NCBI GenBank assembly: GCA_963703585.1
Contig: CAVPEX010000040.1
Coordinates: 33,945 to 97,944 of the forward strand
DNA from: an uncultured Solirubrobacterales bacterium
Lineage (GTDB): Bacteria > Actinomycetota > Thermoleophilia > Solirubrobacterales > 70-9
Direction of reading: 5' to 3'
DNA: 64,000 bases
A model generated the notes under the pieces. The model saw only the letters and a program-made list of their open reading frames with translations, made no database searches and was not told the origin of the DNA. Positions 8,794 to 17,722 of this stretch are shown here, piece after piece. The position numbers and the translations under genes were made by a program. Within the stretch, counting starts at the first letter, position 1. Every line of letters begins with the position of its first letter.

Positions 8794-11700
8794 CTAACCG
8801 GCGTGCAGACCGAGCTTCGGCAGCACTCGCTCGAGCGGGCGCGGTAGCCACCAGACCCGCTCGCCCACCAGCAGCATCAGCGCCGGCAGCAGGACGATCC
8901 GCACGACGGTGGCGTCGAGGACGACGGCGACGGCGAGGCCGGTGCCGAGCTGGCTGACGGTGGCGATCGGCGCCGCGGCGAAGGCGACGAAGACGGCGAC
9001 CATGATCGCGGCGGCGCCGGTGATGACCCGGGCCGTGCGCTCGAGGCCGAAGGCGATCGCCTCCTCGTTCGTCGCCCCGCCTTCCCTGCTCTCGCGCATG
9101 CGGCTGAGCAGGAACACCGCGTAGTCGATCGAGAGGCCGAAGACGATGCCGAAGATGCCGGCGGCGCCGATCGAGTCGACGTAGGTGTGGCCGCCGAGCG
9201 GCCAGCCGGCGGGGACGTCGAAGAGGAGGGTGAGGACGCCGAAGGCGACGGCGACCGTGAGCAGGTTGAGGGCGACCGCGATCGCGGCGAGGGCGAGGGC
9301 GCGGAGGACGACGAGGAGGACGAGGAAGGTGACGATGGAGATGGCGACGATGACGAGCGGGACGCGGGAGGAGATCGCGTCGCTGTAGTCGGCGAGCTGG
9401 GCGGGGCCGCCGGTGACGCCGGTGCGCAGGCCGCTCGAGGCGGCGAGGCCGTCGGCGTCCTCCCTGAGGCGGTCGTTGAGCGCGGCGGAGCCGGGGGTGT
9501 TGAAGGTGTCGCGGGGGATGACGAGCATCTGCGCGCCGCCGCCGCCGTGGGCGAGGTCGATGACGCGGGCGGCGCGGTCGCGCTGCGCGGGCGGGGCGCC
9601 GTCGAGGGCGGAGAGGACGAAGTAGCCGGAGTCGAAGATGCGGGGGGAGGAGCGGCGCAGGCGCTCGGTCTGGCGGGAGAGGTCGTCGGCGTTGTCGGTG
9701 ACCCTGACGCCGGCGCGGACCAGGCCACCCTGGAGCGGGCGCGAGTCGTGGTAGCCCTGGGAGAGGTTGCGCGAGAGAGCGTCGGCGCCGCCGGTGAGGC
9801 GTTCGAGGCCGCCGGCGAGCTCGGTGGAGCCCTGGCGGAGCTGCTCGAGGCCGGCCGGGAGCGGCTCGGCGCCCGCGGCGAGCTCGCCGGCGCCCTGGTG
9901 GAGTTCCGCCCCGCCCTCGGAGAGCTTCTTCTGGCCGGCGTGCAGGCGGGTGGAGAGCGCGTGGGCGCGCTTGGCCTGGTTGCGGGCGAGGACCAGAGAC
10001 TGCAGGAGCACTTCGGCCTGCCGCGCCTCGCCCGCGAGGTCGGGGTCGGAGGCGGCGGCGGCGTTGAGCTCGTCGCGCAGGCGGCGGGCACGGGCGACGC
10101 CGCCCTGGCGCAGCACCGGCAGCAGGGCGTTGAGTTCGTCCAGCACCGAGCGGGCGGCGAGCAGGGCGCGGCGCTGGCCCTCGGCGAGGCGGCCGGAGCC
10201 GTCGTCGAGCTCGGCGAGCGCTTCCATCGCTTCGCTCGGCGCCGGCGACGGCGCGTTCGAGCCCGCCGGCGATGTCGGCGGCGCCTTCGCCGGCGCGGCC
10301 GGAGCCGGTCGCGATCAGGCCGGCGCCCGCGGCGGCGCGGGCGATGCCGCGGCGGAGCTGGCCGACCCCGCCCGCGGCGCGTTCGAGCCGGTCGCCGAGC
10401 TTGGTCAGCCTGGTCGGGCTGGCGTCGCCTTCGTCTTCCAGGAGCTCGTTGCCGCTGGTGCGGAGTGGGGCGACCCGGCGCTTGACCTGGCCGGGGCCGA
10501 TCACCGCCTGGACGCCCGGGTCGTCGGCGATCTGCCGCTGCAGGCGCTGGAGGGCGGCGAGGCGGCTGTCGCTGGTGATCGGCCCGCGCTCGGTGGCGGC
10601 GACGAGGACGAAGGGGGCGTCCCAGCCGGCGCCGATGGCGCGGTCGACCGTCTCCGCGTCCTCGCGAGCGCCGTTGGACTCGGGAAGCTGGGAGGCGCTC
10701 GGCGGGCCGGTCTTCAGCGCCAGCACCGGCAGGGCGAGGAGGACGAGGGCGCCGCCGATCAGGCCCGCGGCGAGGCGCGGGCGGGCGAGAGCGGCGCTGA
10801 CGGTCGCCATCAGCCGGGTGCCGTCGTTGCCGGAGCCGATCCGCCGGCGGTCGAGGTTCGGTCCGAGCAGGAGCAAGAGCGGCGGGGCGATAAAGGTGGC
10901 GATGACGACGCTGATGACGGTGACGAGGATCGCGGTGCCGGCAAGCGAGAGGAACAGCGTCCCCGGCATCGCCCAGAGGATCACCACCATCGCCAGCAGC
11001 AGGGTCGAGCCGGCAAAGGCGGTGGTGCGGCCGGCGGTGGCACGGGTGCGGCCGGCGGCGTCCAGCGGCGAGCTGCCCGAGGAGAGCTCCTCGCGGAAGC
11101 GGGAGACCATGAGCAGCGCGTAGTCGACCCCCAGCGCGAGCCCCATCATCGTCGCGGTGGTGAGAGCGAAGCCGTCGACCTCGAAATGGGAGGCGGCGAT
11201 GGCGAGCAGGCCGCGCGACGCGAGCACCGCCGCGGCACCGAAGACGAGCGGAATCGCCGCGGCGACCGGAGAGCGGAAGACGAGCAGGAGGACCAGCAAC
11301 AGGATCGGTACCGCGATCAGCTCGGCGATGCGCGTCGAGCGCACCGATTCGTCCTGGATCGCCCGCGAGAGCGTCGCAAAGCTGGTCTGCGTGGCGGTGA
11401 CCGGCGAGTGGATCGCGGCCTCGAGCGTCCGGTTCAGCCCGGGAACGCTGTCCTTCACCGCGTCCTCTGCGTTCACGTGGAAGTCGACGAGGATCAGCGC
11501 CTTGCGGGGCGACGGGCGCAGGCGGTCGAGCTCCCCCCGGTCCCATGGCGAGAGCGTGGTGACCCTCGGATCCCTCCTCAGCGCCCGCACCAGCTGCGGC
11601 CCCTGACGATCGAGGGCGGGACCTGGCCCGCGCAGGAGGATCGCGAAGGGAGCCGAGTCGCCGAAGTGATCCCGCAACAACGACTCCCCCTCCGCCGACT

Positions 11701-11851
11701 CGGTCCCGGGCACGCCGACCGAGGTCGGCCGCAGCTTTCCCTCGACCCCGATGCCGACGATCCCGAGGCTGACGATGACCGCGAGAGCGATCGCCAGCGT
11801 AGCCCGCGGGCGTCGCAGGACCAGACGGCCTCCCTGCACGTCCGCGGCCAC
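8794..11851 (-). CDS. MMPL family transporter with a large coiled-coil (YhgE/Pip-like) insert; one apparent frameshift
   Basis: The N-terminal half (11851 down to ~10230) and the C-terminal half (ORF 10227-8794) each contain an MMPL-type transmembrane bundle (...GLALGVDYALLMVSRFREE... and ...GLSIDYAVFLLSRMRESRE...). The frames join at AGAER / AMEALAELDDG, which implies a 1-nt indel near 10228-10233. Confidence 0.85.
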
Positions 11852-11920
11852 GCCGTAAGCGTAGGTCAGCGTCTGGCGGCTGAGTGTGGTGTCCGCTTTA
11901 AGACAGCGGCGACGAGATCC

Positions 11921-12430
11921 TCAAGCCGCCTGCGGCAGGTACTGCTGCCAGGCTTCCGGGATCTTCGGGCTGGCTACCTGGATGAAGACCGTCGGCGGCG
12001 GGGCCTTGGGCGAGTTCTTGGGGTGCATCTGGATCTCGCGGGGGAGGCGGTTGCCCTTGCGGCGGTTGCAGCTGGCGCAGGCGGCGACGATGTTCTCCCA
12101 GACCGATTTGCCGCCGCGGCTGCGGGGGATGACGTGGTCGACGGTGAGGCCGGACTTGGTCGAGCCGCAGTACTGGCAGGTCCAGGAGTCCCGGGCGAGG
12201 ACGGCGCGGCGGGTGATCTTGCGGCGGTGCGCCTCGCGGGGGATCTTCACGTAGCTGACGAGGCGGATCACGTCGGGCCGCTCCAGCGTCATGTGCTCGG
12301 AGTGCAGGGCGGCGCCTTCGCGCTGCTCCAAGAGCTCGGCCTTTTCCTTCAGCAGCAGCACAGCGGCGCGTCTCAGCGTGCAAACGTTGATCGGCTCATA
12401 CGTCGCATTGAGAACCAGCACCCTGGCCAT
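11921..12430 (-). CDS. HNH endonuclease family protein
   Basis: 169-aa ORF from ATG (12430) MARVLVLNATYEPINV.... HNH/zinc motif CQYCG...DHVIPRSRGG...NIVAACASCNRRKG. Confidence 0.85.
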   Translation of the reverse strand: MARVLVLNATYEPINVCTLRRAAVLLLKEKAELLEQREGAALHSEHMTLERPDVIRLVSYVKIPREAHRRKITRRAVLARDSWTCQYCGSTKSGLTVDHVIPRSRGGKSVWENIVAACASCNRRKGNRLPREIQMHPKNSPKAPPPTVFIQVASPKIPEAWQQYLPQAA

Positions 12431-12459
12431 GGTGCTCAGGATTGTAGGGATGCGCGGCG

Positions 12460-13293
12460 CTATCCCGTGGGATAGGAGCCGAGAACGCGCACGGACTCGG
12501 CCTTGGAGCGGAGCGCGGCGATCGCCTCGGCGACGGGCGCGTCGGTCTCCGCGCCCTCGAGATCGCAGAAGAACATGTAGCGGCCGAGGCCCTGGCGCAG
12601 CGGCCGCGACTCGATCCTGGTCAGGTTGATCCCGCGGCTCGAGAACTCGGCGAGCGCGTCGACGAGCGCCCCCGGGTGGTCCTCGCCGAGCTCGGAGAAG
12701 ACGAGCGAGGTCTTCCACGGGCCCTCGCCGCTCGGCTCGGTTCCGGCCGGCGCGATCCAGACGAAGCGGGTGACGTTGTCGGAGGAGTCCTCGACCCCCT
12801 CCCTCAGCAGCTCGCAGCCGTAGAGGGTGGCCGCCGCCCGCGCCCCGAGCGCCGCCCAGGGCCGCGCCGACTCGCTCACCATCCGCACCGCCGCCGCGGT
12901 GCTGCTGACGCTGCGAAGTTCGATCTCCGGCAGCTGCTCGCGCAGGAAGCGGGCGCACTGGGCCAGCGGCTGGGGATGGGAGAGGACCGCCTCGACCTCC
13001 TCCATCCGCACCCCGGCGCGGGCGATCAGGTGGACCCGCACGCGGTAGTCGTACTCGCCGACGATCGTCACCGCCTCGACGTCGAAGGCGAGCGTGTCGA
13101 GGGTGACGCGGACGGAGCCCTCGATCGAGTTCTCGACCGGGACCAGGGCGCGGTCGGCCTCGCCCCGCTCGACGGCGAGGATCGCGTCGCGGATCGTCGC
13201 CGTCCGCAGCGGCTCGAAGTCCAGCGCCGAGGCCGCCTCGCCGAGCGCGTCCTCGGTGAAGGTTCCCGCCGGGCCGAGGTAGGCGATCCGCAC
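12460..13293 (-). CDS. pheA: prephenate dehydratase
   Basis: 277 aa. PDT domain (MRIAYLGPAGTFTE...VPVENSIEGSV) followed by an ACT domain (TSLVF...DHPGAL...FSSRGINLTRIESRP). Confidence 0.92.
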   Translation of the reverse strand: MRIAYLGPAGTFTEDALGEAASALDFEPLRTATIRDAILAVERGEADRALVPVENSIEGSVRVTLDTLAFDVEAVTIVGEYDYRVRVHLIARAGVRMEEVEAVLSHPQPLAQCARFLREQLPEIELRSVSSTAAAVRMVSESARPWAALGARAAATLYGCELLREGVEDSSDNVTRFVWIAPAGTEPSGEGPWKTSLVFSELGEDHPGALVDALAEFSSRGINLTRIESRPLRQGLGRYMFFCDLEGAETDAPVAEAIAALRSKAESVRVLGSYPTG

Positions 13294-13302
13294 CGGCGCC
13301 GC

Positions 13303-14271
13303 CTAGCCGAAGGAGACCGTGTAGCTGGCCTCGTTGTTTTCGGAGACCTGCTCGCCCGGGACCGTCTCGACTTCGACTTCCAGGGTCACCGTGCCGCTCG
13401 GCGTCGGCGTCAGCGGGATCGTCACCGTGGCGATTTCGCCGGCTTCGATCGTGCTGACGTCCCCTTCGAGGGTGTTGCCGCCGTCGACCGAGACCGAGAC
13501 GTTGACGCCGTTCTCCGCCGATTCGCCCTGGTTTTGGACCTGGACTTCGACTTCGGCGGTTTCTTCGACCGCCACCGCCGATTCGCCGCCTTCGATCAGT
13601 TCGGTGCCGTTGACGCTGACCCCGACCAGGCCGAGCCCGTGGACGCCCGGGCCGCCGGCTTCGGAGCCGCCGCCGCCGAGCGCCGCCAGGGAGTCGCTGA
13701 CGGTGCTTTCTTCCAGCCAGCTCTCGTCGGGCAGGAAGGTGCTCTTGGGAACGTCGGAGCCGTCGATGCCGTTGGCGGCGAGGACGCCGTCGACGTCCGG
13801 CCGCACGACCGTTTCGTAGAGGACGTCGGAGGCGAGGAACTTCTGCATCTGGTTGGCGATCGCGGCCGTCGCCTTCTCGGCGCCGGCGTCCCCGAGCGCC
13901 GTGCTCATCTTGTTGGCGATCGTTTCCATCGCGCCGGCCCGCAGCTGGTAGACCAGCTCCAGCGCGCTCTGGGCGTCGCCCATGTCGCCGGGGGCACCGA
14001 GCCCGTCGACCCGCGCGGCGTAGTTGTCCATGGCGCTGCGGTCGGCCTTGATCTCGTTGACGAAGTCGGTGACGGAGAGGTCGCCGGGGTCTTCGAGGCG
14101 GCCGAAGAAGGCCTTGCTCGTCTGTTCGGTCTCGTCGACGATCTGGCTGACGTTGCGGGCGTAGTCGCTCAGCTCGCGGTGGGCGCGGGCGTCGAGGCAG
14201 CCCTTGACCCCGAGCACGATCAGGATCAGGACGACCAGGCCGCCGCCCAGCGCGAGCCCGCGCCGCAGCAT
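13303..14271 (-). CDS. membrane-anchored protein with C-terminal CARDB-like domain
   Basis: Starts at ATG 14271 (MLRRGLALGGGLVVLILIVLGV, a transmembrane helix). The C-terminus VEVQVQNQGESAENGVNVSVSVDGG...EAGEIATVTIPL is CARDB-like. An alternative TTG start at 14343 with a GGAGAG Shine-Dalgarno would add a basic N-terminal tail. Confidence 0.75.
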   Translation of the reverse strand: MLRRGLALGGGLVVLILIVLGVKGCLDARAHRELSDYARNVSQIVDETEQTSKAFFGRLEDPGDLSVTDFVNEIKADRSAMDNYAARVDGLGAPGDMGDAQSALELVYQLRAGAMETIANKMSTALGDAGAEKATAAIANQMQKFLASDVLYETVVRPDVDGVLAANGIDGSDVPKSTFLPDESWLEESTVSDSLAALGGGGSEAGGPGVHGLGLVGVSVNGTELIEGGESAVAVEETAEVEVQVQNQGESAENGVNVSVSVDGGNTLEGDVSTIEAGEIATVTIPLTPTPSGTVTLEVEVETVPGEQVSENNEASYTVSFG

Positions 14272-14455
14272 GATCTGCTGACGTTCGGGACGGCGTTTCG
14301 GGCGCTCGCGTCGACGCGGCGCGCGGGGGGCTGAACTCTCCAAGAAAGCGCTCTCCAGGCTGGTTGGCTGGGCGGAGAGTATGACCGCTGGGCATGTCGG
14401 CGCGCGAAGAGGTGCCGCAAACGGCGGTGTTTTTGCAGGGAGGAGCGACAGGGGC

Positions 14456-14902
14456 TCAGATTTGGCTCTCGGGGTCGAGGGTGGTCCGAGCGATGTCCTC
14501 AACCCTGGCGAAGGGCCGCGGGCTTCGACCGAGGCCGGCGGCGAGTTTCGCCACCGCCTCGTACTCGGCATCCGAGAGCGCCGTCCGGTTGGCCTTCTCG
14601 CGACCGTCGATGACTACGACGACCCTTTCGTCCCGCAACCACCGAACGAAGAGCCGGTACAGCCGCTGCCCGTGCCTGTCTCTGATCTCGTGGAGATTCC
14701 TGAGCGGACCCTTCATCGGCCGGTGCATGGTCATGTCGCTCCACGCATCTGGGCCGGTCAGGCGAACCGAGTCGAGGATGTTGAGCAGTTGCTTTGCGAC
14801 GTTCGGGGGGACGCTCCTCAGAAATGCATGGCCCGGGACCGACCTCGACCCGTCGCTGTCATCGAGCAGCCACTCGATCTTCCATTGGTCCCAGGCGGGC
14901 AC
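14456..14902 (-). CDS. HigB / Gp49-like (RelE superfamily) toxin candidate
   Basis: The pattern W-IEWL-DDSDG-SVPGHAFLRSVPPNVAKQLL...GPLRNLHEIRDRHGQRLYRLFVRW...RVVVVIDGREK...SDAEYEAVAKLA matches the Gp49/HigB architecture. A GTG start at 14902 is preferred; the ORF is open to 14983. Confidence 0.65.
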   Translation of the reverse strand: MPAWDQWKIEWLLDDSDGSRSVPGHAFLRSVPPNVAKQLLNILDSVRLTGPDAWSDMTMHRPMKGPLRNLHEIRDRHGQRLYRLFVRWLRDERVVVVIDGREKANRTALSDAEYEAVAKLAAGLGRSPRPFARVEDIARTTLDPESQI

Positions 14903-14943
14903 CTTCCAGTAAGAGCCTCGGGCCAGGCAGTCACCCCAGGCGT

Positions 14944-14961
14944 CGTTGCATAAATGCAACG
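14944..14961. promoter_or_regulatory. operator-like palindrome CGTTGCAT-aa-ATGCAACG in the divergent promoter region
   Basis: Perfect 8-bp arms in an AT-rich stretch between the toxin-like gene (minus strand) and the HigA-like gene (plus strand, ATG 14982). Confidence 0.4.
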
Positions 14962-14981
14962 CAGACGCTAACCTGCGCCGC

Positions 14982-15650
14982 ATGGCAGAGGCATCGACTG
15001 CACACGAGGCGATCGTCCGAGAGTTCGTCTCCGAGCGCGAGCGTCCCGACTACGAGGCCCGGGTTCGGGCCCTCGCGGCGCGCAACCTGCTCCTCTCAAC
15101 TCTTGAGAGAGAGCGCGAGGAGCAGGGCATCGCAAAGAAGGAGCTGGCGGAGAGAACCGGCCTCGAGGCATCCAGCGTTCGCCGCATGCTCACCGCGGAG
15201 ATGGCGAACCCGACGACCGAGACGGCATTCCGCATGCTGGCTGTGATGGGGATCGGGCTGGAGGCGATCCTGCCGTCGGGAGAGCGGGTCGCGATCGTCC
15301 AGGCCCACGGGCCGGCGGGCGAGGCGCGGCGCGGTGAGCTGAACGAAGTCCTCGCGGGCCGTCTGGCCGGAGCCGATGGATCCAGCCCTGGAGCGCGCGC
15401 TCCGGCCAGATTGAGCCGCTGCCCCGACAACGGGCTTCCTCTGATCCGTAGCCACGACCTCGATCCTGGCTCCAAGAACGTCGGCGACAGCCGCGACGGT
15501 CTTCAGCTCGGGATTCACGTCGGCCGTGAAGAACCGGCGCATGCTCGACGGCGCCTTACCGATCGCGCGGGCGAGCTCGGCCTTCGACATGCCCGCCCTC
15601 TCCCGCAGATTGTCGATGCGATGGGTCGGGTGCCGGGCGGGCTCAGCTGA
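14982..15650 (+). CDS. HigA-like XRE-family helix-turn-helix protein (antitoxin candidate); 3' end unresolved
   Basis: MAEASTAHEAIVREFVSE...EEQGIAKKELAERTGLEASSVRRMLTAEMANPTTETAFRMLAVMGIGLEAIL has an N-terminal extension, an HTH and a LGxxLE tail, as in HigA. The frame has no stop until 15650 and there overlaps the convergent HTH gene. The true end is probably earlier. Confidence 0.55.
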   Translation: MAEASTAHEAIVREFVSERERPDYEARVRALAARNLLLSTLEREREEQGIAKKELAERTGLEASSVRRMLTAEMANPTTETAFRMLAVMGIGLEAILPSGERVAIVQAHGPAGEARRGELNEVLAGRLAGADGSSPGARAPARLSRCPDNGLPLIRSHDLDPGSKNVGDSRDGLQLGIHVGREEPAHARRRLTDRAGELGLRHARPLPQIVDAMGRVPGGLS

Positions 15651-15704
15651 GCCCGAGCCTCTGCGCCCAAAGCCTGCGACCGCCGTAGCGACGAACGGCT
15701 TCAT
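15096..15704 (-). CDS. second XRE-family helix-turn-helix protein (HigA-like paralog); both ends uncertain
   Basis: The HTH core RIDNLRERAGMSKAELARAIGKAPSSMRRFFTADVNPELKTVAAVADVLGARIEVVA is encoded at ~15455-15640. The only in-frame start upstream of helix 1 is ATG 15704, which overlaps the upstream gene by ~60 nt. There is no stop in any minus-strand frame before ~15100. Confidence 0.4.
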   Translation of the reverse strand: MKPFVATAVAGFGRRGSGSAEPARHPTHRIDNLRERAGMSKAELARAIGKAPSSMRRFFTADVNPELKTVAAVADVLGARIEVVATDQRKPVVGAAAQSGRSARSRAGSIGSGQTAREDFVQLTAPRLARRPVGLDDRDPLSRRQDRLQPDPHHSQHAECRLGRRVRHLRGEHAANAGCLEAGSLRQLLLCDALLLALSLKS

Positions 15705-15879
15705 AGAGCGCCATCCTGTCTGCGCGGCGAAATTCCTCCACGCTCGGCCAAGACGTCCGGCCGCGGCAGAGGTCTTCGAGTTGCTCCTCGATCCTCTCGT
15801 CGGTCCACTCCCGTGGTCGACCTCCGTGGGACTGTCCGGCGAGGAGGTAGCGGGACGACGAGCCCTTGCCGCGCCGCAC
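15643..15879 (-). CDS. hypothetical protein with a helical WTDERIEEQL...FRRADRMALYEAVRRYGGRRLWAQRLGL domain; possibly 5'-extended to 16024 across a frameshift
   Basis: 78-aa ORF. An upstream ORF (16024 down to ~15880, MPKTRAQTLNMGNWLERFLRGLAEECERVAGKVRELEELGLRV...) joins it with a 1-nt shift near 15880 to give a ~127-aa product. No family name recognised. Confidence 0.5.
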   Translation of the reverse strand: MRRGKGSSSRYLLAGQSHGGRPREWTDERIEEQLEDLCRGRTSWPSVEEFRRADRMALYEAVRRYGGRRLWAQRLGLS

Positions 15880-16115
15880 GACGAGCTGGAGCGCTCACCC
15901 GGAGGCCGAGCTCTTCCAGCTCGCGGACCTTCCCAGCGACTCTTTCGCATTCCTCTGCCAGCCCGCGAAGGAAGCGCTCGAGCCAGTTGCCCATGTTCAG
16001 CGTCTGAGCCCGCGTTTTCGGCATATTTCTCGGCTTCTCGGTACGGCAATCAGGGATAGGTCTCGTCTCAAGATTGAAGGTGTAGCAATCCCTTTTTTAG
16101 AGCCATTTGAAGGCT

Positions 16116-17606
16116 CTCGACTTTCGTGACCTACGCCGCCGCTCGCGGGCGTGACGGTGGGCGGGCCGATATTTGTCGCGGTGAGGGCGCCCGCCCCGCT
16201 CCTTGTCGAAATTCAGCCCGGATCAGCTCGCGGCGCAGGGCGGCGAGGATGTCGAGCATCGAGGGGTCGCGCTTCTGGGAGTACCAGGGCGCCTCTCGCC
16301 GGCGGCGATCGACATCCGCGGCGGGGTCGGCGTGAAGCGCGTACCAGGCGATGGCGAGGCTCTGGCAGATGAGGCCGAAGGGAACGGTGCGCTCGACCGC
16401 CCGCCGCACCCGGTTGCGCGCCTCGCCGACCCCGACCGTCTGCTTGGCGTCCTGGAAGGCGACCTCGATCGACCAGCGATCGGCGTAGCGGGCGACGATC
16501 TCGGCCACTCCCGCCTCGACGTCGGTCGAGATCAGCGCGACCCGGTAGCCCTCGGCGTCGGTGGGCTCGCGCACGATCACAACCCGCACCGCCCGTGGGC
16601 CCAGCACCGAGTGCCAGAGGCCCTCCACGACGAGCGCGCAGATCTCGCCCCGGCCGGGGACCTGGAGGCGCTGCCACTCGCCGGGTGCGGCCCGCGGCTG
16701 CGATCTCAGCGGGGGTGCCGAGCCGCGCCCCCTTCGCCCGCGGCCGCCCGCGGCGGCCGGTCGGCGGCGGCTTGGGGGCGTGGATCACCGCGTTGGATCG
16801 CAGCCTCGAGGTCAGGGTGATGCGATCCGCGCTCGGTGCCATCGCCCTGCAGGCGAAGGCGGAGTCGCCGAGGACGTCGATCCGCCGCTGCGGAAAGCGC
16901 TCTGCGACCAGCCCCACGAGCGCCGCGGCCAGGTCCTGCTGGGAGGGCCGCCGGCCGGGATTCGGGTTCGCCTCGGTGGGCTTCGGCGTGGGCAGCCAGA
17001 GCCGAAACAGCACCGGCAGACACCAGGCGCGCTCGCCCAGCGCGGCGATCCGCACCACCAGGCCGACGACGACGAAGCAGTTGCCGAACTTGAAGCCGCC
17101 GCCGGGGGCGGTGGATGAGTCGTGGTGCCAGCTCGTCCCGTGCACCTTGCGGCCCGAGCGGCGGAACACGGAGCCGTCGACGGCGAGCGTGATCGGCGCG
17201 TCGGGACCGACGAAGCGCTCGATCAGGAAGTCGAGCACGAGCAGGCCGAGGCGGTCGGGGCACCAGGCGGCGCGGGCGAAGAAGTCGTGGGCGCGGGAGT
17301 GGTGCAGGCGGCCGGCGAGTCGCGCCGCCTGCCACATCCCGGTGACCGTGCGCTCGCCGACGCGGCCGAGGAAGCCGTGGACCAGCGCCCCGAAGATCTG
17401 GAAGGTCGGGGCGCTGAAGGCGGGGCGGAGCAGGGACAGGATCGCGGTGAGCGAAGATGGCAGGGCGGGCATCGGCGGCGACCTCCTCGAAGGGTGCTTG
17501 GACACATCCCTCGTTCGAGCAAGCCGCCGTTGCTCCCTGCTCCTATCGCACCCTCGACATCGAGAGCCGATCTCCTTCAAGCCGGCCAGAGGTCACGAAA
17601 GTCGAG
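16116..17606 (-). mobile_element. IS701-like insertion sequence, about 1.49 kb
   Basis: Perfect 17-bp terminal inverted repeats CTCGACTTTCGTGACCT (16116-16132) and AGGTCACGAAAGTCGAG (17590-17606) enclose one transposase gene. The flanks are AT-rich intergenic DNA. No target-site duplication was recognised. Confidence 0.8.
16131..17472 (-). pseudogene. IS701-family (DDE) transposase, one frameshift
   Basis: The N-terminal ORF starts at ATG 17472 (MPALPSSLTAILSLLRPAFSAPTFQIFGALV...) and the C-terminal ORF spans 16628-16131 (...RYADRWSIEVAFQDAKQ...). Removing one C from CCC at 16691-16693 restores ...AEIAAAAAPGEWQRLQVPG.... Confidence 0.8.
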
Positions 17607-17722
17607 GATTAACCGAAAAACCACAAAATTTGGCATCCGGGGCAGCCGGAAAAACTACTGGTCTGGTATCGGCGACGCAAGTCGGCGGACGAGCTTTGCA
17701 AGCGGCGATTCGGCCGCGAGGC

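Noticed and set aside
8877-11546. Very long alternative-frame or antisense ORFs, for example 8877-11546 (889 aa), 34741-38091 (1116 aa), 40779-42665 (628 aa), 9767-12475 and 11921-14395.
   Set aside because: Their translations are dominated by Arg/Pro/Gly/Ala runs. They overlap genes with clear homology in another frame. This is the usual stop-codon scarcity of very GC-rich DNA.
14345-14455. Short hairpin GCCGcaaaCGGC plus GTGTTTTT, considered as a terminator.
   Set aside because: The stem is only 4-5 bp and no plus-strand gene ends upstream of it. The minus strand lacks a U-tract.
17630-17654. TTGGCATCCGG-GGCAGCCGGAAAA as a second iteron array.
   Set aside because: It has only two half-like sites at 9-bp spacing and lacks the full TCCGGA core. 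I kept it as a remark under the iteron finding, not as a feature.
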